The notes under the pieces: model-generated
The model's database searches: none
What the model was told of the DNA's origin: nothing
The model's input: only the letters and a program-made list of their open reading frames with translations
Translations under genes and position numbers: made by a program
Source: a virus
Lineage: Duplodnaviria > Caudoviricetes
Strand: one strand, 5' to 3'
Length of the DNA: 56,769 nucleotides
Virus record (IMG/VR): IMGVR_UViG_3300045973_000630
Coordinates: 1 to 56,769 of that record
In this document: positions 1 through 6,676 of the stretch, one piece after another
Layout of the letters: every line of letters starts with the position of its first letter
Position numbering within the stretch: the first letter of the stretch is position 1

Positions 1-495
1 TGCTGAAGCTATTCGAGTCATGGTACCTTCGAACCCTTCTGCTAAATGCTTATCCATTATTCTATGTAAATCTTCAAGATCAACTGCAACTTCTGGAACT
101 ATTGCTTGACAAAAGGTATGAATTTGATGTTGTTGTTTAAAATAGTTAGTTAAATCCGTACATCTTGCAATGTATGGTTTAACTAAAGTATCTTTTACAT
201 AATCGAAAACCATATAAGTGAAACTAGGCGTACCATTTTGAGACATAACCATAGACTGGACATCGTTAAAACCATCTCCGCAAATGATCTCGCCATCAAA
301 GCCATCTGGGCAGTGAAGTTCAATCATATTTCTAATATGATGATTTGGGATAGGTTTGAATGACCTAGAAACAGCTTTACCATCTATAACTAAACATCGA
401 ATTCCATCGATTTTTGGAGTACAAAATAACGGAAATATCAATTTATCTAAATCCGGATTTTTGGCGGCGAGGAGAGGTTTTGTAATAATAGGCAT
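1..495 (-). CDS. lig: ATP-dependent DNA ligase (N-terminal part, runs off the window edge)
   Basis: Hand translation from ATG at 495, with AAGGA upstream: MPIITKPLLAAKNPDLDKLIFPLFCTPKIDGIRC...SRSFKPIPN...DGFDGEII...YMVFDYV...EGFEGTMTR. These are ligase motifs I (KxDGxR), III, IIIa and IV. Not in the ORF track. Confidence 0.93.
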   Translation of the reverse strand, partial: MPIITKPLLAAKNPDLDKLIFPLFCTPKIDGIRCLVIDGKAVSRSFKPIPNHHIRNMIELHCPDGFDGEIICGDGFNDVQSMVMSQNGTPSFTYMVFDYVKDTLVKPYIARCTDLTNYFKQQHQIHTFCQAIVPEVAVDLEDLHRIMDKHLAEGFEGTMTRIASA

Positions 496-509
496 TTGTA
501 ATTCCTTTG

Positions 510-830
510 TTATATTTTTGTTAGCAGCATACCACTCAATATTAATAGAATTCCTAGGACTTGTACACTAGAAAGTTTGGCATTAAAGAAAATAATTGGA
601 ATTATTAAATAAGTAATTACAATCATGGAGTCCCAAATTAAAGCTTTAAGCATCAAACTACTTGAATTGCTTTCAGATTTTGCAATTAATAACCATAATA
701 CATTTGTGAGAATTCCGCCAAGTGCTCCGATAACTAAGTACCATTTTGATAATTTAAGTGTCTCAGAATAAGACACTGAAGCTAAACAGACATAAAGAGC
801 AAAGCCTAAAAGATATTGTAAATATGTCAT
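510..830 (-). CDS. small 4-TM membrane protein, DMT/SMR-like
   Basis: 106 aa with four hydrophobic segments. C-terminal FFNAKLSSVQVLGILLILSG resembles the last helix of EamA/SMR proteins. Confidence 0.55.
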   Translation of the reverse strand: MTYLQYLLGFALYVCLASVSYSETLKLSKWYLVIGALGGILTNVLWLLIAKSESNSSSLMLKALIWDSMIVITYLIIPIIFFNAKLSSVQVLGILLILSGMLLTKI

Positions 831-1078
831 AGTTTAATACCGTGATACTTTAAAATCTTAAGGAACTTCTTTTCTAGGGCTGCAATAAGCTCTTCCGAAC
901 CTTCGAATTTCTCTAAAAGATGGGTTAGTTCTTTATCTTTATACCCATTTCGTCTAGCAGCTTCGAATATCTGAGATTTAATTTGTAATAATGCCTCTTC
1001 ATATTTAGATGCGTTTAAAGCTAAGTCATATTCTTCTTGTTCCGAGGGTAGATCGAATTCTATTAAGCCTTTGGTCAT
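827..1078 (-). CDS. hypothetical phage protein
   Basis: ORF with GAGG upstream and a 4-nt overlap with the next gene. Confidence 0.7.
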   Translation of the reverse strand: MTKGLIEFDLPSEQEEYDLALNASKYEEALLQIKSQIFEAARRNGYKDKELTHLLEKFEGSEELIAALEKKFLKILKYHGIKL

Positions 1079-1119
1079 GACGGAACCTCATTGAGTTTAT
1101 TTTTCTTCTGGACAGGTTT

Positions 1120-1920
1120 TCATACAAACAACTTTCCAGTTAACGGAGGATGACTTTGATAATTAGTAAGTTTAAAGTGATCTTCTGTTATTTCAGTTAA
1201 ATCTGTAAACGGGATAATTTCTAGTTGAGTTCCCGGCATTGGCTCTCGAAGTATTTGCCCTCTTAAAATTTCAGTATGCGGTAAATAAATATGACTATCC
1301 CCCAAACAATGGGTCAGTATTCCGACTTGGTATCCGGTAAGTACTGCCATAATATGGGTTAACAACGCGTAATCTACAATATCTATTGGGACTCCGAGTA
1401 GCATGTCCCCGCTTCGTTGGTATAGTTGTGCATGTATTTTATCTTCTCGGATAAAAAATTGTATTAGCGGGAGGCAGGACGGTAGCGCACATCCGGTTCT
1501 TAAAGTTTGAGATACATTCCAATTACTAATTATTAGTCTTCTAGAGTTCGGATTTGTTTTTATTTCGTTAATTACCCAAGCTAATTGGTCAATACCTTCA
1601 TTATTAAAATTCCTAAAATGTTCCGGGTAACATCCTTTAATTGCGCCTGTTTCATCTGCCCAGTCTTTCCACCAAGGTTGAACTTTTATATGTAAGTTAT
1701 TTAAATTTGAAATTCCACCAATAAACCAAAGTATTTCTCTAATAGCATTTTTAAAGGCCATCTTTTTAGTAGTTAAAATTGGGAATTCTTTTGAAAGATC
1801 AAAAACCATTCGTTGGCTAACTAAACTAATAGTACCAGTTCCGGTTCTATCCATAATTTTAATACCATTATCTAAAATATCTTGGGCAAGTCTTTTGTAT
1901 TCTAAATCAGCTTGTGACAT
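1120..1920 (-). CDS. thyA: thymidylate synthase family protein, probably dCMP-specific (C5-methyl/hydroxymethyltransferase)
   Basis: DRTGTGT, FPILTTKK, EILWF, PNSRR, catalytic Cys149, YQRSGD and HIY. Asp180 stands in place of the conserved Asn (GVPID versus GxPFN). Confidence 0.9.
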   Translation of the reverse strand: MSQADLEYKRLAQDILDNGIKIMDRTGTGTISLVSQRMVFDLSKEFPILTTKKMAFKNAIREILWFIGGISNLNNLHIKVQPWWKDWADETGAIKGCYPEHFRNFNNEGIDQLAWVINEIKTNPNSRRLIISNWNVSQTLRTGCALPSCLPLIQFFIREDKIHAQLYQRSGDMLLGVPIDIVDYALLTHIMAVLTGYQVGILTHCLGDSHIYLPHTEILRGQILREPMPGTQLEIIPFTDLTEITEDHFKLTNYQSHPPLTGKLFV

Positions 1921-1921
1921 G

Positions 1922-2455
1922 TTACACCTCTTTATTAGAATGCTTTATTACAAATAGTGCTTGGTTCTTAGCATCATCAAGTGCATTATGATTTGTACCT
2001 TCCGATTTATCTACCTTTTCATTATTAGCCACGAATCTACGAAAAGTCCTTAAGTCCATAGAATTATAGTACATAAATGGAACTTCTATATTATATTGAT
2101 TGAACATATTCTCTAAAATAGAAATATCGAAGGTATTCCCGTTGCCCCATGGTTTTAAATTCTTCTTATTGGTTTCTTGCTTAATCCAATATACCAAAGT
2201 ATTTAAAACTTCTGAAGTTGGTTTACTCTTTTCATGAAAAACTTTCTTAACTGCATCACTTTGAGACATCCACCACTTAAGAGTGGACCCGGTAATGCTA
2301 CGACCTTTTTTAAGTTGGTCTTCAATATCTAATGCCATGTAAAAGGTTGGCCCTAGTTGTTTAGTTTCGATATCAAAAAAGCAAGCACCGATAGATACTA
2401 CTATAGTATCTGGGTTTGTTCCTAAAGTTTCTAGGTCGACCATTAGATCATTCAT
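1922..2455 (-). CDS. DnaQ-like (DEDDh) 3'-5' exonuclease
   Basis: DLETLG, WGNGNTFD, DLRT and HNALDDA motifs. Confidence 0.88.
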   Translation of the reverse strand: MNDLMVDLETLGTNPDTIVVSIGACFFDIETKQLGPTFYMALDIEDQLKKGRSITGSTLKWWMSQSDAVKKVFHEKSKPTSEVLNTLVYWIKQETNKKNLKPWGNGNTFDISILENMFNQYNIEVPFMYYNSMDLRTFRRFVANNEKVDKSEGTNHNALDDAKNQALFVIKHSNKEV

Positions 2456-2456
2456 A

Positions 2457-2714
2457 TTACACCTCTGTTATTTGTAATGCACCGCTAATTATGGCTAATG
2501 CTTCAGTTCTATACTTTTTAATTGAACGTTTGTTCGCCGATCTAATTAAGCAATCTGTAATTACCCCAGTTATAGGTTGTGCAATTTGAATAAAGTGATC
2601 ATCCATAGAATCTTCGGCTGGTTCATAAGCTACTGGAATAGTAAACTCATCTAACGGAAATCTCTCTAAAAATTGTTCAAAAGTTTCAAATTTAATAGTC
2701 ATTAGTACACCCAT
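2457..2714 (-). CDS. hypothetical protein
   Basis: ORF in a tightly packed minus-strand operon. Confidence 0.6.
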   Translation of the reverse strand: MGVLMTIKFETFEQFLERFPLDEFTIPVAYEPAEDSMDDHFIQIAQPITGVITDCLIRSANKRSIKKYRTEALAIISGALQITEV

Positions 2715-3103
2715 GATTTTTTTCTAGTTTCAGTTTTTTCGAAAAATGATTCTCGCAAAGTCGACCAAGTTGCGTTTCTAGAAGTATCTCGAGTTATACT
2801 TAACCCGTGAGTCCTTAAATACGAAAATACTTCCCCAATTAAAATATTTGCGCTTTTTGAAGTCTCTTTAGCGCTTAGTGCCTTAGTTATTTCTAAGTTT
2901 AAGTTCTTAGGATAATTTTCTATTTTAAAACCTTTGGAATATATACATTCTAAGGTCTTTTCAACTATAGCCAAAACTCTATCACATTTAGAACTATTAA
3001 TTTGCTGAACTGCATAATTCTTAAGCAAGTCTAAATCAAAAATAGTTAAATCTTCAAATTGTAATGTCATTTTGAGACTCCTAACGAAACTACTAAGGGG
3101 CAA
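2702..3103 (-). CDS. hypothetical protein (likely start ATG 3070)
   Basis: GGAG upstream of ATG 3070, which overlaps the upstream stop as ATGA. Confidence 0.6.
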   Translation of the reverse strand: MPLSSFVRSLKMTLQFEDLTIFDLDLLKNYAVQQINSSKCDRVLAIVEKTLECIYSKGFKIENYPKNLNLEITKALSAKETSKSANILIGEVFSYLRTHGLSITRDTSRNATWSTLRESFFEKTETRKKSWVY

Positions 3104-3312
3104 TACTGGTCGGTATTAGCTGCGGTAGATACTGTAGTACCTAAATTCCCGACGCCCCATTGTGAAGGTATGCTAACAATAGGGGTATTAGTTATTAATT
3201 GACCGGGGATAGTTCTAAGCGCCTCTAATTCTCTTATACGTTGATCTTTAAGTTCTAAGAGTTTCGATAACTCTTGAATTTGTTCTCTAAGTATATTTTC
3301 TATAGTTTTCAA
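3067..3312 (-). CDS. hypothetical protein with N-terminal coiled coil
   Basis: TTG start preceded by GGAGG. Confidence 0.6.
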   Translation of the reverse strand: MKTIENILREQIQELSKLLELKDQRIRELEALRTIPGQLITNTPIVSIPSQWGVGNLGTTVSTAANTDQYCPLVVSLGVSK

Positions 3313-3333
3313 AGTAAACCTCCAAGCTTTTAA

Positions 3334-3867
3334 CTAGTGTAACTCGTCTTCGGATCCCGGTACACGAATTCTTTGAAATTCTATTTCTGCAGCTTCAAAT
3401 TGAGACTGTACATCAAAAGGTTTATTTGGATCCCGATCCCTACCAAGCACTTTCGAGTGTATAAAAGCCTGCATATCTTCGACAGTTGCTGAATTTAACC
3501 AAGTATCTAAAACATCTTGAGATACATACAAATTCTTTATCGCTACCGCATCTTCGCCTAGATAAGTTTCCCCTACAGAATCTTCAATATATGAATCATG
3601 GAGTTCAATTATTGGATGGATATCTTTTAAATTTTGGAACCAGATAATAACTTCAGGATGTGTCAAATCGATATGAAAACTTATCACAATAGATTGTGAT
3701 TCTTGACTTGGGAAGATTCCGAAGAACAATTTAAAGAGCGGCAGTTTATCTTTATAAAAGACGTGAATGTTTCGATGTTCAACTTCAACATCTAATTTAT
3801 AGACATCTTTAAGTTTTCCTATTAAGTAAATATATTGGTCATACATTCTAATTACTATATTTGACAC
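3334..3867 (-). CDS. hypothetical protein
   Basis: 177-aa ORF starting just past the upstream stop. Confidence 0.7.
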   Translation of the reverse strand: MSNIVIRMYDQYIYLIGKLKDVYKLDVEVEHRNIHVFYKDKLPLFKLFFGIFPSQESQSIVISFHIDLTHPEVIIWFQNLKDIHPIIELHDSYIEDSVGETYLGEDAVAIKNLYVSQDVLDTWLNSATVEDMQAFIHSKVLGRDRDPNKPFDVQSQFEAAEIEFQRIRVPGSEDELH

Positions 3868-3868
3868 T

Positions 3869-4120
3869 TTATACCTTAGGTTTCTTTAATACTTCAGTTT
3901 TAAACTCGGCAAGAAACGAGTCTCTCCAATTATCATATTCAGATTTATTACTTTTGGGAAGGTCTATTTTAACTTTTCGGGGGCGTATTGGTTTTACTAT
4001 ATTTTGAAGTTCTGCTTTTAACTGTTTGATTTCTTTAGTTTGTTTTAAAACTAAAGAACGTAGCTCTCTAATAGTTTCTTTATCCTTTTTCGAGTTTTCT
4101 TTTGTAGGGATTTTACTCAT
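3869..4120 (-). CDS. hypothetical basic protein
   Basis: ORF with GGGAG upstream. Confidence 0.65.
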   Translation of the reverse strand: MSKIPTKENSKKDKETIRELRSLVLKQTKEIKQLKAELQNIVKPIRPRKVKIDLPKSNKSEYDNWRDSFLAEFKTEVLKKPKV

Positions 4121-4236
4121 GTAATTTTACTCCCTTTTTTCATATTATCTATAGCCCATAACGGTTGTAAATTTGTATAATGACATGCTTTTAGGTCTTT
4201 AGAATACTGATGTAGTCCTTTTTGACATGTTTTCAT
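4117..4236 (-). pseudogene. internally deleted HNH-type homing endonuclease remnant (39 aa)
   Basis: MKTCQKGLHQYSKDLKACHYTNLQPLWAIDNMKKGSKIT. The first 16 aa equal those of ORF 41672. HYTNLQPLWxxDNxxKG is the C-terminal end of an HNH endonuclease family. Confidence 0.7.
4189..4236 (-). repeat. 48-bp repeat, inverted copy of 41672-41719
   Basis: 46/48 identical. Both differences are synonymous (GGA/GGG and GAC/GAT). Confidence 0.9.
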
Positions 4237-4238
4237 AC

Positions 4239-5699
4239 TTAAAATCTCAGATCTTTAATTTTACAGTTAAAATTTCTAATATAAATTTCTAGTCGGTTCT
4301 CTAGATGTCTGGCTAAATAATTAGTCCCCTCAAAAAAGAAATCATGCAAGTAAGCAATTGATTTTCCTTCAAACTTTCGAATAGCCCGCCCGGCATTTTG
4401 GACACATAGTATTTCTGATTTTCCCCCTACACAATTGATTAAATGATCAGTGGACTTAATATTAATGCCCTCCCCGATGACGGAAGATCCGATAAGAATT
4501 CGTACTAATTTTTCGTTAAATTCGTTAATTGTATTATTTATTAGTTCTTTTGAGTCATCTCCATTAATATATGAGCAGATTACTCCATGTGTAGTCAAAT
4601 ATTCTGAGATTACAAGTCCAACTTTATCCTTCTGTGAAACTAAGATTAAAACTTGATTATCTAATTCAACATTTTCAATTATTTCCAATATTTTATTTAA
4701 AACCGCGGGATTTCCAGAATAACTCTCTTCATATTCTTTTTGATACTTTGTAATAGGTCTTCCTGGAATTTGATGAACTAGTACTTCAAGTGGAGTTAAA
4801 TACCCTTCTTGAGTAGCTTTCCAAGCTGGGTACTCATATAATATATTAGAGGCTACTCCCCATAGAGCTAGTATGTCGGCTCCTTGACGTAAATATGTTC
4901 CAGAAAACGAAAATCGATAATAAATATGATCAAGATCTGGTAGTAGTGTTAGATAAGATTCCGCGGAAGAATGGTGTGCCTCATCAATAAATAAAGCTTC
5001 CATTTGGAGTGCAAATTTTTGAAATTCTCCAGATTTTTGTAAAGACGCTAGGGACTGAACTGTTATAATATTTATTGCTTTTGGTCGTTTATTTAGTCTA
5101 ATTTTCTTTGCATCTAAAATTTCTACATTTGTAGATCCAAACCATTCTTCGAAATCTGAGTATAATTGTAAACTCAAACCTCTTGACGGAACTATAATTA
5201 AGTTAGTTACCGCAAGTTCTTTAATTAAATATGCTAAAATACAGGTTTTCCCGGAACCGACACAAGAAGAGAAAACACCCCGACCGGCCTCGAGGCCTAG
5301 TCTAATCATTTCCTTTTGATAGTATCTAGGTTCAAAAGGTTTGTTATTCCACCTTAAAATTTGAGAGGACGAAGGAATCTCTCGTCGGTCCTGTACCTCA
5401 AACGGGGTACAAACTTCTTCTAAAGTTGCTTTAACAATGTTTAAAAGCCCAGTAGGAAACTTATTATCTTTGATTAAACATACGTATTCAGTTTTTTCTA
5501 AGTAAGCAATTCGAGCTTTCGCTATATTGTAACCCTTTAAGTTATTGTAACGCTTAGCATTTTGCATACGATAAAAGCAGGCCGCTTTTTCTGCATCGAT
5601 ATCATTTCGATAAGTAAGGACTTCCGTTAGAAGATCTTTAGCTTCTTTAGGTATATTCCCAGAAATGGTTGTAAATGAATTACTAACAATTAGTTGCAT
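4239..5699 (-). CDS. superfamily 2 DNA helicase (UvsW/ResIII-like)
   Basis: PRYYQ, GSGKT, DEAHH, SGT, GEGINI and QNAGRAIR motifs. Confidence 0.92.
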   Translation of the reverse strand: MQLIVSNSFTTISGNIPKEAKDLLTEVLTYRNDIDAEKAACFYRMQNAKRYNNLKGYNIAKARIAYLEKTEYVCLIKDNKFPTGLLNIVKATLEEVCTPFEVQDRREIPSSSQILRWNNKPFEPRYYQKEMIRLGLEAGRGVFSSCVGSGKTCILAYLIKELAVTNLIIVPSRGLSLQLYSDFEEWFGSTNVEILDAKKIRLNKRPKAINIITVQSLASLQKSGEFQKFALQMEALFIDEAHHSSAESYLTLLPDLDHIYYRFSFSGTYLRQGADILALWGVASNILYEYPAWKATQEGYLTPLEVLVHQIPGRPITKYQKEYEESYSGNPAVLNKILEIIENVELDNQVLILVSQKDKVGLVISEYLTTHGVICSYINGDDSKELINNTINEFNEKLVRILIGSSVIGEGINIKSTDHLINCVGGKSEILCVQNAGRAIRKFEGKSIAYLHDFFFEGTNYLARHLENRLEIYIRNFNCKIKDLRF

Positions 5700-5821
5700 T
5701 CACTAATTAAACCCTGATGTGTCAAAAAAGTACAGTTTTAATTTAAATTAAAAATAAATGTTTACTTTTTAAAAGTTCTTAGATAAAAGTTATAGCAACT
5801 AGTAACAAATCGAGGATTAAC

Positions 5822-6019
5822 ATGTCAAAATTAGAGTCTAAACTACCAGAAATAACTGACTGGCGTAAGTATGTAAACGATTTTACACCAAAAGTAGATC
5901 CAAAAATTAAAGAGCTACTCTTAAAAACTTTAAAAAATAATCCTCGAATTAAAACTAAGCCAAATACAACTAGAATTGATAATTTTCATTTAAACGAAGT
6001 TAAAAAGAATATAAAATAA
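5822..6019 (+). CDS. hypothetical basic protein
   Basis: GAGGA ribosome binding site. First gene after the strand switch. Confidence 0.6.
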   Translation: MSKLESKLPEITDWRKYVNDFTPKVDPKIKELLLKTLKNNPRIKTKPNTTRIDNFHLNEVKKNIK

Positions 6020-6620
6020 GGAGACCATTAAATTCAAGTCTTTGACTTGATGCAGCATCTACGTTAATTGGGACCGTGAAATATACGACTGCAATCAAAT
6101 GACTGGGCAGGTAAAAACTAACCCCGGAAGAGTCGGACCAGGCACACCTCAAAGCAGAAGACCTTATTTCTGTAGCGGTAACTCGCGAAGTGTACTAGGC
6201 ATCGTTGAGAATTTGAGCCTAGCGAAAAGCCCACCGTAGAAAGTAACTTTAAGGGGAGTTTGAAGACCCTTAAATGAAGCCAAGATATAAACCTTCTAGC
6301 GAATTTGTAAGGATTGGAAAACTTATAGTAGTAGCTATCTGGCGGTATTAATTTGGGAGAAATATCTAATAGGTTTGTGAAAACTTTGACTATTAGAAAA
6401 TACCCCCAATAGGTATTGCTTTGCCAAATCCAATAGCATTTAAAATCTTTCATTATTTTGTGAACAACAGCGTTTCACAGCCTCACGCTGTTCGGCGATA
6501 CTCTGGAATGTTGTTCTAAGAAAGAGTCGATCACAACGAAATACCAACAATACCTTAGGACTATTTGGGAACCTAGTACATGTTTCATATAACTTAATAA
6601 GCTTACGAGTATTATGTGAA
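6020..6620 (+). ncRNA. candidate large structured non-coding RNA (~600 nt)
   Basis: The only long intergenic gap. It holds at least eight complementary stems, some nested (see findings). Strand is inferred from the flanking genes. Confidence 0.55.
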
Positions 6621-6649
6621 TTTACTTAAGGAAATAACTAAGATAGAAT
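6621..6649 (+). promoter_or_regulatory. sigma70-like promoter of groEL
   Basis: TTTACT-N17-TAGAAT, followed by AGGAGG and ATG 6677. Confidence 0.65.
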
Positions 6650-6676
6650 CTAAGAAAATCCAGGAGGAATTAACAA

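Noticed and set aside
356-571. Plus-strand 71-aa ORF from the track
   Set aside because: Antisense to the DNA ligase, which has clear catalytic motifs.
6118-6453. Minus-strand 111-aa ORF in the long gap
   Set aside because: No ribosome binding site, atypical composition, and opposite to the flanking genes. The region is better explained as structured RNA.
6020-6620. tRNA, tmRNA, RNase P RNA or group I intron
   Set aside because: No T-arm/CCA, no tmRNA termini, no GAGGAAAGUCC, and no interrupted gene or recognisable P7 pairing by eye. A covariance search is still needed.
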